64,000 nucleotides of DNA from Lytechinus pictus (GCF_037042905.1 NC_087250.1:7380001-7444000), one strand, 5' to 3'; shown: positions 34,869-48,620, numbered from the stretch's first letter. Made by a program: numbers and translations. The notes: a model not told the origin generated them from the sequence alone.

Positions 34869-35033
34869 CGCTGTAAAAATGAAGCGCTGATTTAGCACTT
34901 ACAGTGTTTGTATAGGGACTGCACTGCTAGTGCTGATTTTCTAGCTCAAATTTAAAGTAGAGAATTAACACTCGTAGTGCAGTCACTATACAAGCACTGT
35001 AAGTGCTAAATTAGCACTTCATTTTTTACAGTG
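34869..35033. mobile_element. Palindromic CACTG MITE family B
   Basis: TA-flanked, nearly fully palindromic, homologous to 18998-19314. Confidence 0.87.
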
Positions 35034-35095
35034 TACTGTCCTGATGATATTCCACGTGAAATTTACCCACAATATTTCATTGGGACCATTATTGA

Positions 35096-35359
35096 AGGGA
35101 TGCTTTAGACTTAAAATAAAAGGATTTGAACAGATGAACAAAAATCAGACGAACAAATTACTGAAAAATTGAACAAGGAATTTAAAAAAGTTATGGCATT
35201 TCAAAGATTTGCATGAATATTCAATGAGCAAACTGGTGATGCCATGATAATATATCCCAACTTGTTCTTCTGTATTTTATTGTATGAAATAAGGTTAGTT
35301 CAATTTTTGTCTCACCTGCATAGCAGAGTGAGACTATAGGCGCCGCTTTTCCGACGGCG

Positions 35360-35396
<37 letters not shown>

Positions 35397-36644
35397 CGGC
35401 GGCGTCAACACCAAATCTTAACCTGAGGTTAAGTTTTTGAAATGACAGCATAACTTAGAAAGTATATGGACCTAGTTCATGAAACTTGGCCATAAGGTTA
35501 ATCAAGTATTACTGAACATCCTGCCTGAGTTTCATGTCACATGACCAAGGTCAAAGGTCATTTAGGGTCAATGAACTTAGACCATGTTGGGGGAATCAAC
35601 ATCAAAATCTTAACCTAAGGTTAAGTTTTTGAAATGTCATCATAACTTAGAAAATATATGGACCTAGTTCATGAAACTTATACATAAGGTTAATCAAGTA
35701 TCACTGAACATCCTGCATGAGTTTCACGTCACATGACCAAGGTCAAAGGTCATTTAGGGTCAATGAACTTTGGCCGAATTGGGGGTATCTGTTGAATTAC
35801 CATCATAACTTTGAATGTTTATGGATCTGATTCATGAAACTTAGACATAATAGTAATCAAGTATTACTGAACATCCTGTGCAAGTTTCAGGTCACATGAT
35901 CAAGGTCAAAGGTCATTTAGGGTCAATGAACTTTGGCCAAATTGGGGTATTTGTTGAATTACAGCCATAAATTTGAAAGTGTGTTGGTCTAGTTCATAAA
36001 ACTTGGACATAATAGTAATCAAGTATCACTGAACATCCTGTGCGAGTTTCAGGTCACATGATCAAGGTCAAAGGTCATGTAAGGTCAAAGAACTTTGGCC
36101 ACGTTGGGGGTATTTGTTGAATTGCCATCATATCTCTATAAGTGTATTGGTCTAGTTCATAAAACGTGGAAATAAGAGTAACCAAGTATCACTGAACATC
36201 TTGTGCGAGTTATAGTAGTTTTCAAAATCAGCACTGCTGCTATATTGAATCGCGTGATGCAGGTGAGACGGCCAGAGGCATTCCACTTGTTCCCTCTAAG
36301 AACTAAAAAGATGAATTGATAAATGAATTAGTGCATTAGATTTTCATTGCTGCAACTTATTTCCTAAGAAGGAAGACATATCATTCACTCATGTATTGAA
36401 AAATGAAACAATTAGGATTTCATGTAATAACATAACAAACAGGATAGTGGGGATGTGACATCATCAGCTAACCTATTGAATATTCATGACAATGTGAATA
36501 TAAATATTTTCCTAATATTTTCCCAATACTTTACGAAACTGAAAAATTCAATAACTTTGCTATTTGTTATCAGATTTTGATAAAATTTACACCATTTTAA
36601 TCTGTGAATTTTAAATATAAATATTTTCACACCGGAATACCTCT
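35096..36644. mobile_element. MITE family K2 interrupted by a Helentron-like element
   Basis: The sequence on both sides of 35304-36291 is colinear with the intact copy at 60367-60973. Confidence 0.7.
35304..36291 (+). mobile_element. Non-autonomous Helentron/DINE-1-like element with internal tandem repeats
   Basis: T-run start, subterminal IR gtctcacctgcat (35309) / atgcaggtgagac (36257), a short 5' hairpin partner gtgagac, a (GGC)n microsatellite, about 4.5 repeats of 162-192 bp, and a CTTGT end in a T context with no TSD. Confidence 0.8.
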
Positions 36645-37820
36645 TTAAATGACGTCATCAACATGGCGCCTCAAAATGTGACATTGTGCCTTGGTGATTG
36701 TCAAAAATACGTGTCTAAACTACAATTTTAATCAGTAAGTGATTTTCCCACCATAATGAGGATTTGCAGGTAGCATACATGTAGAATGTCAGGCTTCAAA
36801 CTCAAAGTATACTTGTTTTCACTGAACCCATACGTGAATCCAGAGGCCTAAACGTCCACGGCCCCCTTATTGATGGCACCAAAAAAAAAGGGAAACGGGG
36901 GAAGGAAAAAAGAAAAGAGAGAGAGAGGAGGAAGAGGAGGAATAAAAGAAGAAAGAAGAGGGGAATAAGAAAAGTTAATGAAATAAGGAAAGAGGAATAA
37001 CTGGAATATTTTTTTTATATCAGGTCATTATAAATAAAAAAATCTTGCTCACCCTATACGCACGTATTGCCTGTAGGAGGGGGGGGGGGTCAAAATCTGC
37101 TCTAGAAGATAAGTGGATTGTTATTCCGATCTCAAGTCAGTATGCACAAATTGTATTTCAGGGTATTCGATTTTCCATCAATTTGTTTCGGCGAGAAACG
37201 CATCCTATTCCTGGTTACAAGTAGGTGCTGATTGTCAAAACATTTTCAGCTCGCAACACGCCCTCACATTAGTTGCTTAACACTTGTTCTTTGTTTCAAA
37301 AACGGGCTGAAAATGTCCAGTTCTGAGATCTGAATACGGTAAAGATTTTCAGCTCGCGCATGGCGCTCGTATCAAATGTTTAATTAGATATCCACCATGT
37401 TCATGGTTACAAAACGTTCTTAGAATGTCCAGTTTTTAGGTCGGTAGTCCTATACCGCTTCGTGCTGGCATTGATTATTAATTTAGATACCCACCCTATT
37501 CATGATTTTAATAAGCGTTTAAAATGTCGAGTTTTTAGGTCGATTTCGAGCTAGCGCTTCGCGCTCTCATTGTTGTATTACTGAGATATGTTTCATTATC
37601 ATCATTTTTCCTGGAAACAATCTTTAACAGGTCCCTTTGACCATTTAACATAATTTTCAACTAACTCATGATTTATGTCTGTACCAGGCTCGCAATAAAA
37701 TATTCCGCACCACAAGAGTTCAGTAACTACAGAGCAGAGCGGCGCTACTTCTACGATCACCCATTCAAATACTCGGGCACAAAAGGGATGGCGTTGGTTA
37801 CAGGTCTGGTGCTGCTAATA

Positions 37821-38061
37821 CACTGAAAAAACTCCGGTATTGATTTAACACCAGCCCGGAATCTATATATGTCCACACCAGAGAAGTGTTAAACAACACC
37901 AGTTTGGTTTTGGTCTAACTCCAGATATGTGTTTATACAACACCAATTAGTATTAAACAGCATCGGCTTGATTCCAAACTGGTGTTATTACAATACTTCT
38001 CTGGTGTGGACATATACAGATTCTGGGCTGGTGTTAAATCAACACCGGAGTTTTTGCAGTG
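37821..38061. mobile_element. Palindromic CACTG MITE family A, 241 bp
   Basis: TA-flanked and highly similar to 34604-34844. Confidence 0.92.
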
Positions 38062-38076
38062 TAGCAGCGTCAAAAT

Positions 38077-38422
38077 AGCACCGGTCTGGCGCGGGCTATT
38101 TTAGCACGCGGCAATCATAAACTCAAAATTTGTACGACTTAGCCCGGAGCTGGTCTGGACCAGCGAGTTACTGCAAGCGGTATCAGTTCTCGCTTCGCAC
38201 TCGCATTAATTCGATAGACGTCCTATTCATTCTTACAACAGCTGCTCAGCACCGGTCTGGCGCGGGCTATTTTAGCACGCGGCAATCATAAACTCAAAAT
38301 TTGTACGACTTAGCCCGGAGCTGGTCTGGACCAGCGAGTTACTGCAAGCGGTATCAGTTCTCGCTTCGCACTCGCATTAATTCGATAGACGTCCTATTCA
38401 TTCTTACAACAGCTGCTCAGCA
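38077..38422. repeat. Perfect 171-bp tandem duplication
   Basis: 38077-38247 equals 38248-38418, with AGCA microhomology at the junctions. Confidence 0.92.
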
Positions 38423-38528
38423 TGTTTAATTTTCATAAAATGTCATCAAGATCAGATAATGTCATGAAGAAAAAAATGACTTGGAAAAACCGACAAAGGG
38501 CATTATGCACACTGCCATATAAGGACTA

Positions 38529-38780
38529 CACTGTAAAAAATATTGGGTACATTTTTTTGCCACCGCGAGGGTAATTATGTGTCCAACCAATTAGGGGCAG
38601 TATTTTACCCAATAAGGGAAGCGTATCGTCCAGTAAGGTTAAAAATAAGCAGCAATTACTTCAGAATAGGCAATATTTTCATCACACTGGATTAATGAAA
38701 ATGCCCAAGAGAAATGCTCAATTTTAATTGGACACATAATTACATTCATGACGCACTGTCACCCAATATTTTTAAGAGTG
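38529..38780. mobile_element. CAC...GTG MITE (EnSpm-like); related copy at 61446-61668
   Basis: cactgtaaaaaatattgggt ... acccaatatttttaagagtg. Confidence 0.65.
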
Positions 38781-39324
38781 TGTAATGCATAACATTAAGT
38801 TAAGGGCATTATTGATCCGATGACGTCACACACTACCTTCACTCTAATCAATAAATTTCAGATATCTAACTTTTACAGACGAAATACTATTTATTTGAAT
38901 CTTAGAATTGCATCTGTTCAATGAAGTGTCAGACCATGTATAATATTTCAACAAAAATAAGGGTATATGAAATTTCGTAATAGAGAACGGGCAAGTGTGT
39001 GATATATTCGTCTTTCCTTAAAATACTAATAATAATTGTGACGGAACCCTATGTCTGGTTATGAGAACATTTGATATTATGTTCATTTGTTGTATATTTA
39101 CTATTCCTATCAACTCGACATAAGAAATGACTTGATCTATCTCCAAGCCATCTTTAGCATTCTGAGAAAACTTACGCGACGCGGTTTAAGTCAATGTTAT
39201 GCGCTTGCGCAGAATAGCCATTCCTGCGTTCGTGTATAAGGTCATGTGACAACGAATTGAAACAAAAAATCACATACTTGATTTTTATGGCAATGTGTGA
39301 ATTTAGTATTAAACTAAAAATGTA

Positions 39325-39522
39325 TTTTTTTTTTTTTTTTTTTTAAACAAGTGCACATCTAGTTTCCAATAATGCATGTAGCATTTCCATTTATTTGACA
39401 GCAGGATAAAAAAGCATTGTAGATTAAATGCCTTGCTCACGGGCATAGGTGCCGCGGCCGGGGATCGAACCCCGGACTTTCCATGTATAGCTAGGCGCCT
39501 TAGACCACTCGGCCACGGCACC
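39325..39522 (-). mobile_element. tRNA-derived SINE with poly-A tail
   Basis: The minus strand reads ggtgccgtggccgagtggtctaaggcg...ggggttcgatccccggccg (A and B boxes), body gagcaaggcattta, then poly-A. Confidence 0.8.
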
Positions 39523-40730
39523 TGAATCCTTAAAGTTTACTATCGATTCCTTCTGATATTAAACCTTGACGTTGATGACGTTTTCTCAGTAAGTGCAATA
39601 AATAAAAATATTTTTAAAACTATGATGTGTGTGAAACACTTCCAAGTCAGTGGTGTGAGAGTGATAGTAAGCATGCGTGTGTGTGTGTGTGTGTGGTGTG
39701 TGTGAATGCATGAGGGTGGGGAGGGTGTCATGTGTCTGTGTGTGTATGTGTGGGCTGTGTTAGGGAGGGTGTGTGTGTGTGTGTGTGTGTATTTGTGTGC
39801 AAGCGCACATGTTGAAAAAAGCGCGCTTTCGTTCATTCATTTAAAGAAATATTTGGTTTCTTCCGTTTTCACAAAATATGATTTTTCAACATAGATTATA
39901 AAAATCATTTGTTATTTGAATGAATATAAATGTATAACATTTTTTTTGGGGGGACAGAAGGCTTTATTTCCTAAAAGCAATAGCTTGTGATGGAATTCGC
40001 TTGAGACGTGCAATTACATATTCATTGATTGGACATTTTTTGGAAATTGAGGTAAAATTGCTACGGGCCTACCCTCTATAAAGAATACTATATAGAATTT
40101 TATCGAAATTTCATAAATCCATTGATTAATATAGGCATTCATATACTTGTGCCTCTATCGTGTCGTATTTATGTCTGGGGCTTATTATTTGATCATGTGA
40201 TGGTGCTTGGTAAAAATTATGTCTCCACCATATCTATATCTCCGCAAACATTTTGTTTGACGGTCGTGTTTCCAGCTGTTACTCACTATTTTTATGTTTC
40301 CCCATTTTGTGTTTATATTATTTGAAACTCCGTAGACTTGACGGTTTTGGAATTATCTGTAAAAAAATTGTGATGATTTCTGGATTGGTTATTTATTTCA
40401 TTATATATATTATGCTCCAATTGTCATACTGAATATTAATTGATTAAAATGCTTATAATATCACGTATAACTTTTTTTATTGTATGTTGTGTTCATTAAA
40501 TTGTCCTCTACATTGTAAAATCTTTGGTGTCATCATACTGCCAACCCGCCCCTCCCCTTCTCCCCGGTTTCTATTGACCACACAACCATGACAACAGACA
40601 TGTTGAAACACACATGGATTGGTTTGGGACTAACACCAAATAATGATCAGTGTTAAGTGAGAACACGATATCGGTTTGATTCGAAATCGGTGTTGTTTAA
40701 ATACCTATCCGGTGTAGTCATAATACCGGC

Positions 40731-41621
40731 CTGGAAAGAACATTGTGTCTCACATTGTATTCCACAGTGTGTTCATAGTGTGTTCAGTGTATCCACAATG
40801 TCTCCAGTTTGTTCAGTGTATCCATAAGTGTGTTCAGTGTATCCACAAGTGTGTTCAGTGTATCCACAAGTGTGTTCAGTGTATCCACAAGTGTGTTCAG
40901 TGTATCCACAAGTGTGTTCAGTGTATCCACAATGTGTTCACAGTGTATCCACAATGTGTTCACAGTGTATCCACAATCTGTTCAGTGTATTCACAATGTG
41001 TTCACACTGTGTTCAGTGTATACACAATGTGTTTATAGTGTATCCGCAATTTGTTTACACTATATGATACATACTATGAAAACACTGTAAACACACACAG
41101 ATACACACTGTGAACACGCTATCTTGCACACTAAACACATGATGAAACACACTATGAAATACATTATGAAAACATTGTGATAACCCTATGAAACACACTG
41201 AACACTCTGTGAACACACCATGAAACACACTATGAACACACTTTGAGCACACTACATGTATATGAATACACTATGAAAAAACTATGAACACACTACATGT
41301 ATATGAATACACTATGAAAATACTATGAACACACTATGAAAACACTGTGAACACACTGAAACACATATATGAAAACACTATGAACACACTATGAAGAACA
41401 CTATGAAAGCACTGTGAACACACTATGAAAACACTATGAACACACTATGAAAACACTATGAACACACTATGAAAATCCTATGAACACACTATGAAGCACA
41501 CTATGAAGTATGAACACACTGAAAACACACTGTGAACACACTATGAACACTCTTAACACACTATGAAAACTCTGTGAACACACTATGAAAATACACTGAA
41601 CACTGATAACGTTCTTTCCAG
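40731..41621. mobile_element. Fold-back element built of minisatellite arms
   Basis: 11-bp TIR ctggaaagaac / gttctttccag. The left arm has 21-bp gtgttcagtgtatccacaagt repeats; the right arm has opposite-sense aacacactatga repeats. Confidence 0.75.
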
Positions 41622-43204
41622 CTCGGCCGGCGTTTTTAACAGTGTACAGACAGAGATGAAACGATAAGCTCCGGGATTTCTCTAAAGATCAATATTAGCT
41701 CGCGCTGTAGTCTCACCACCCCCCCCCCCCCCCCACCCCGCACCCCCGAGAGAGAGACATAAACAGAGACAGACATAAACATGGTTTAAAAAAGGAGAAG
41801 AGTGATTCCACACATTGATTATTGATTAATACCGATAAAAGGATTTCCGCTCAAGGCTGGCAAACACATGTGATAACAAAAGATACGCATACTGAGCAGC
41901 GCTACATCCCGCCGTACCGATATAGAACGTAATGAAACGTATATTTATTCGATCTGTTTGAACAAAATATAAAACAATAATAAGTCTTTGTTTACATAAA
42001 TGATTTCATGGTTCAGTTTACAGCATGTTTATAAATAAAATTAGTATCACACAGCATCTTGTTTCACGTGTAATTATTTCAATGTTCTCATATATGAACA
42101 CTCATTGTCTATTGTCTTTTAAAACAATGTAATCATAATTAGTATGAAACCGAATTGTTATCGAAATCAATTATGATTATAATTCACATCTTTTTGCTCA
42201 AATAATAAACAGAGATCTTTCAATCCTTTTACTTGAAATTAGTCATAACTTTCTTTAACTCTCAATATGCTGTCTAGCTATACATATTGATTTAGATAAC
42301 TGCTTATCTTACATAATTATACATAATTCTACTTTATTATAACAAGGCAAAGCTTATATGAATTGGTTTCTACTTCTTTTCACAAACAGTAACAATTGGC
42401 TACTACATTAAATTCCTTTGCCAGCAATTAAAATACGACACGTCTTTTCGTTTGTAAATATAAACGCAATAACCAAATACTTTTCTTCATACATCAATAA
42501 AGCTAAACATTCATTTGATTCCGAAATGATTTGATTCTAGATCAAAACTTGTTTTGATTTAGTGTCCATACGTTTATCTATCTAGATGAATAATATTTCG
42601 CTCTGTTATATCACATTCATAATATCATATTCCTTTTCATTTCACAAATATTAAGTTCTTAATACAAATCATACAATGTTTCACTTTGGTGGATCAACGC
42701 TTTCAATAGCATAATTTATAATGAATCTAGACAAAAACTGGAAACCGGAAATCCGAAACCGGGAACCGGGCCGATAACCGGGTCGAAAACCTAAACGTCC
42801 TGCTTTTATTCCTAAACCGGGCTAATCGAGACACTATAAATTGAATTTATCTAACTTGTCAGACAAAATATGAAACATATCAAAGATTTAATGAATTCCA
42901 GAAGACTTACTCTTTTCTGGCGGGACATAAAACCACGTTTAAATCACGTTAAACAACAGAAAGTTTCCCCCAAACTGCGGAGGCCGATACAGGCGTCTGA
43001 CTCCTGAACCTTTCAAAAATGGAGTGCGACACGTCAACGTACCTATGCACCGAACTCCACTAAATGGACTTAATTTGCATAACAAAAATCGTATGTCATT
43101 ATATACGGTATCCTAAATAAATGAAGGGAAATAAATTCAAATAATTTAATGTTTCCAATATTGGTATTATATAAATTCAAACAATCTTTTCGCTGGCGAA
43201 ACAA

Positions 43205-43949
43205 CTGTGAACACACTGAAACACATATATGAAAACACTATGAACACACTATGAAGAACACTATGAAAGCACTGTGAACACACTATGAAGCACACTATGA
43301 AAACACTATGAACACACTATGAAAACACTATGAACACACTATGAAAACACTGTGAACACACTGAAACACATATATGAAAACACTATGAACACACTATGAA
43401 GAACACTATGAAAGCACTGTGAACACACTATGAAGCACACTATGAAAACACTATGAACACACTATGAAAACACTATGAACACACTATGAACACACTATGA
43501 AAATCCTATGAACGCACTATGAAGCACACTATGAAAACACTGTGAACACACTATGAAGTATGAACACACTGAAAACACACTGTGAACACACTATGAACAC
43601 TCTTAACACACTATGAAAACTCTGTGAACACACTATGAAAATACACTGAACACTGATAACGTTCTTTCCAGCTCGGCCGGCGTTTTTAACAGTGTACAGA
43701 CAAAGATGAAACGATAAGCTCCGGGATTTCTCTAAATATCAATATTAGCTCGCGCTGTAGTCTCACCACCCCCCCCCCCCACCCCGCACCCCCGAGAGAG
43801 AGACATAAACAGAGACAGACATAGACATGGTTTTAAAAAGGAGAAGAGTGATTCCACACATTGATTATTGATTAATACCGATAAAAGGATTTCCGCTCAA
43901 GGATGCCAAACACATGTGATCACAAAAGATACGCATTCTGAGCAGCGCT
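43205..43949 (+). repeat. Local duplication of about 41344-41903
   Basis: Near-identical minisatellite end, right TIR and about 280 bp of unique flank, up to ctgagcagcgct. Confidence 0.9.
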
Positions 43950-45162
43950 GAGGTTTTCACTACATATTATAGATTTTAACTTAATTACGTAATACCTCTT
44001 CGTACGTGTATGAGGACTCTTGAAAAGAGAGAAGATAACGCCTATAGATGCCTCTATAAAATATGATGATCGTACATTTTCGAATATGATGTGTGTTGGC
44101 AGTCTTTACATTTGCACTGTTGAGGAGGAGATGAAGTCGGTGAACATGACCCGGGGAGTATTCAGAAGAAGGCCCAGAACCGCCAGGAGAGGAGATCCTT
44201 CGTTGCTGCCCAACATGCCAGGAGGCACAACGCCTTAACGGGCAGTAAGTAAAAGTAAGTTAAGTAAGTTAGTAAGTGAGTATGAGTAAGTAAGTGAGTA
44301 AGTAAGTGAGTAAGTTAGTTAGTAAGTAATTCAGATTCTATTCATGTTCGAGGGAAACGGGGTCCTGGAATCTACACATTTCCTCTGTTTGTTTGTTTTT
44401 TTGTTTTTTTTACTTTTAGGTGTTGGTTGTTGTGCCCCCTTGCATCTAAATCATGGCTCCCTCAGTGATCCTTTAGTATTTTTATTATTATTATTTTTAT
44501 TTTGGTTCTATAATTATACAGTGCGTCCCACAAAAAAGGAAACCCGTTCTTAGAGATAGATTTCACAATTATTAAATATGTTTTTTCTATGAATTTGATA
44601 CTCATGGCATGAGTGGAATCTCATCTTTCCTTTGAAAACAGCTTAGAAAATCGTTCACGCATGGCAGATTACAAACAATCATATATTGAGGCATATCAGA
44701 AACGATTTGTGCAGAAACTTAGGTGTGAATCTGAATCCACTCTCATTTCAGGGATAAGCGAGAGAAAGCTAACAAAGAATACAAAAGAAATGCTAATGAG
44801 CCAATCGTCGAATATGCACGGTTGTCGTATCACGGACCAATCTTGTCCAATTTAAATTTTCCAATTAAATTTCAAACTCGTCTTGCTCATTAATGTATAA
44901 GTGTTCGTCTTATATTAGGTATCAAAATAAAAAGGAATAATTGAATTATATATGTAAACGAAATGTCATAACTCGTTTGCCGTTGCATTAAAAACACCTT
45001 TGAATCCCGGTTTCCTTTATTCATGTACGCACTGTATAGTCGAGATACAAACCAAAATAGATTTTCATGTGAAATCGCAAAATTAGAAGAGATTTATTCA
45101 TTTCCCGTCCACATGAAGTCAAAGAACAATACATAGTCAAAATATCTCAAAGGGCATGTATT

Positions 45163-45521
45163 GTGGAAGCGTCGTGGTGTAGCGGTTCTGACTCTCGCCT
45201 TGTAATCAGAGGGTCGTGTGTTCGAATCCCACCATGGCCTAGGGTCCTTTCGCAAGGCATTAATCCACACTTTGCCACTCTCCACCCAGGTGTTAAATGG
45301 GTACCCGGTAGGATGTGAAAGCCTATATGTAGTATGCCTAGAAATTGAGTCTTGGAGCTCTTGTTGGAATGCTCCACAGGGAGTGGAGAAGGTGCATACA
45401 TTGTATGCGGGCATGCAAGGATCCGATGACCGGGGTAATAATATGTATGTAAAGCGCTTAGAGACGTCATTCCGATGTATTAAGCGCTATATAAATGCGG
45501 AATATTATTATTATTATTATT
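45163..45521 (+). mobile_element. Full-length tRNA-derived SINE with Deu/Nin-like core (SURF1-like)
   Basis: Head cgtggtgtagcgg...gttcgaatccc, core ccactctccacccaggtgttaaatgggtaccc, LINE-like tail gtaaagcgcttagagac...aagcgctatataaat and (TAT)n. Confidence 0.85.
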
Positions 45522-45540
45522 GATGAAAATTGTGCGCCTG

Positions 45541-45836
45541 CACTGTTAGAAAATTTATACTTAAAAAAAAAAGAAAATCCCTGCAGCAGAGTCTCGAGAA
45601 CACCTGTAACCTTACTGCACTGTGTAATTATACATGCATTTCTGTAAAATTACAGAAAATAGATATTTGGTGTGTGTAACCTTACAAATTTATTGTAATA
45701 AAACTGTTTTCCCCTTTTTTAAAAACAGACCTGTTCTGTAAAATTCTTTAAAGATTGTATAAAATCTTTCCTGTTTTAACAATTTACAGAATGATTTGGT
45801 TACTTCTTTCTGTAAAATCTGTTTTTTCTGACAGTG
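45541..45836. mobile_element. CACTG MITE with TG 2-bp TSD (EnSpm-like)
   Basis: tg|cactgttagaaaa ... ttttctgacagtg|tg. Confidence 0.75.
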
Positions 45837-46992
45837 TGTATAGTCAAACCTGTCTTAAGGCCACCGCATACCTTACGATAAATCTGCGACCCGATTTTGA
45901 AATAAAAAGTAATAGAATTTGATGCTTGGTGAAGGGAAGACGAAAGACATGAAAGAGAGAGAGAACACAAAGCATTCATAACCATGCAATTATTAATGAA
46001 GAATGAAATGTGAAATTGAAAAGAAAACCGCATGTGTGTCCATGTAGAAAACATGTAAAGGTACACAAATGTACATATACCAAATCATGCAAACATAGGA
46101 TTATAAATTATTAGATCATGAAAAGTCTTTAATCAAGGAAGAAATTCAAAAGCAGGGGGTAGATCGGATACAGCAATATAAATTATAAAACAAAACCATA
46201 CATCGAAATTACATTTTTTTTTCATTTAGGCCTATGAGTATTGGCGAACTAAAACCAAGCACAATTTCTTTATCATATTTTAGGAGGAGATGAAACGATT
46301 TGGTTAAGTTTCATTTGGTAGACCGATTAGCAGCAGGGAACTATTAAGAAAGCGGTTTGTTTTGCATTTGAATTTTTGAAATATGGGAGGGCTTCTTAGG
46401 GGGTGTCGCAAGAAAATATTTGCAATCAATTGCAAATATTCTGGTGCAATTTTACAACTGACAGATCAATTTTTAACTGCGGAAAATCAGAAAACTCTGC
46501 TCGTTTTAAAACGCAAATTAGCCATTAAAGCAATTATTTATATAAGGGTTGTTATCTCGACAAACCTTGATAGGTTTTTATGACCACCCAATTCCAATAT
46601 CGTATCTTTTTATTGTCATTTGTATCTGTTTAATACTTGTTTTACATGTGCCTTACATTTTCTTGCCTTATTATGTGCATTGTATTTGTTATCACTGTAT
46701 TCTATACTCTGTATTGATTTTTATTGGAATTGAATAAAACATTGAATTGAATTGAATTGAATGACTAATTTGCAATAAATTGCAAGATATATGATTGATT
46801 TAGAGACCAAAAATAGACTTGCAATTAATCGCAAGTTTCTTGCAACACCCCATTAGTGCCATGTTGGTTTTCTTTTTAGGGGGTACCCATGTACAGCAAT
46901 GGGTGTTTTCTACTGTAAAGTTCATAGTAACAGCGTTTTATAAAAATTATAAACAGCGTTTTTACCGCAGATGCACAGGTGGGTGTTTCATA

Positions 46993-47516
46993 AGGTTACA
47001 CTTCGTTATTCCGAAGGTTCGTAATTCCAAAGGTTCTTTATTCCGAAGGTTCGTAATTCCGAAGGTTCTTTATTCCGAAGGTTCGTAATTCCGAAACACG
47101 TAAATTGCTTATACCTCGATGTTCGTTAATCCGAAAACGTAAAAGGGTTCGTTAATCCGAACATTTGTGGCGTTATTCCGAAGGTTCGATAATCTGAAAA
47201 CGAAATAAGGTTCGATGTTCCGAAGGTTCGTTAATCCGAAAACGAAATAAGGTTCGTTGTTCCGAAGGTTCGTTAGTCCGAAAACGAAATAAGGTTCGTT
47301 AATCATTTAGTTTTCGGACTAACGAACCTTCGGAATTACGAACCTCATTTCGTTTTCGGACTAACGAACCTTCGGAATTACGATCCTTATTTCGTTTTCG
47401 GATTAACGAACCTTCGGAATTACGAACCTTCGGAATTACGAACCTTCGGAATAACCGAACCTTCGGAATAACCGAACCTTCGGAATAACGAAGCTTCGGA
47501 ATTACGGTTGTATGCG
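46993..47516. mobile_element. Fold-back element of ttccgaaggttcg tandem repeats with 8-bp TSD
   Basis: gtttcata at 46985-92 and 47517-24. The left arm (attccgaaggttcgt)n is inverted relative to the right arm (acgaaccttcggaat)n. Confidence 0.85.
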
Positions 47517-47597
47517 GTTTCATAAAGATATTCATAAGTTAATAGCGACTTTAAGAACGACTGGTGATCCTCTCTCGTGGTAAATGGTATTCATTAA

Positions 47598-48187
47598 AGG
47601 ACAAGTCCACTCCAACAAAAAATTTATTTGAATACAAAGAGAAAACCCAACAAACATAACACTGAAAATTTCATCAAAATCGGATGTAAAATAAGAAAGT
47701 TATGACATTTTAAAGTTTCGCTTAATTTTACAAACAGTTATATGCACATCCTGGTCTGTATGCAAATGAGGAGACTGATGACGTCATCCACTCACTATTT
47801 CTTTTGTATTTTATTATATGAAATATTCTAATTTTCTCCTCATTGCCAAGTGAAACAACGATTAATTAATCCCTGAACATGTGGAATTAGCATTGTTTGA
47901 TACTATATGGTTCAGTCAAGTCGGTCCTTATTGTCAAATTTGTAAAAAATGAAATATTGTATAATTCAAACAATAAATAACAAAAGAAATAGTGAGTGAG
48001 GGACATCATCGACTATCTCATTTGCATGTCACTCAGTTGTGCATATCACTGTTTTGTGAAAAATAATCGAAACCTTATGTCATAACTTTTTTATTTTACA
48101 TCCGATTTTGATGAAATTTTCAGTGTTGTGCTAGTTTGATTTTTCTCTTTTTATTCAAATCAAAATTTTTTGGGGTGAACTTGACCT
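47598..48187 (+). mobile_element. MITE family K1, nested
   Basis: ttaa|aggacaagtccac ... ggtgaacttgacct|ttaa. Confidence 0.88.
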
Positions 48188-48242
48188 TTAATTATTTAGC
48201 GCGCAAGAAAGGTTCACCAGTCGTTCTTACAGTCGCTCTTAA

Positions 48243-48620
48243 AGTGATTGGTTAACATTGGTTTGACTTTAAAAAAATCTGAGCTAGAAGGTCACACTTG
48301 TCGCCTGTGTCTGTGATATGCTACAAAAATGAAGCCCAGAAAAAATTGCGTTCGAAAATAATTATTTAGTGCTTCAAAAATTGAAATATAAAGTGACCGA
48401 AAACACCATCTTAATTTCATCCCATACACGTATGTGTACTATTTAGGCGTCTATAAGACGCCTATTTACAAAATCGGTGTTTGCCTTGTAGTTTTAGCTT
48501 TTCATTCTCAATAATGGTTGTTTTCAGGGTTTATTAGTTCTAATACATGCACTTGTACACATGTTTCATCTTGGTTTGAGAATTTTTTAAATCGGCTGCT
48601 CACAAAGTTAAACAATACCT
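48243..48620. mobile_element. TTAA-target MITE (Kolobok-like), nested
   Basis: ttaa|agtgattggttaac ... gttaaacaatacct|ttaa. The host sequence resumes exactly after it. Confidence 0.8.

Noticed and set aside
40745..41090. Repeat proteins (CVQCIHK / CSVYPQV ORFs)
   Set aside because: These are translations of a 21-bp minisatellite open in all frames, with no splice context.
46993..47516. CRISPR-like array
   Set aside because: The repeats are contiguous or have repeated spacers, are arranged as inverted arms with a TSD, and there are no cas genes. It is a fold-back transposon in eukaryotic DNA.
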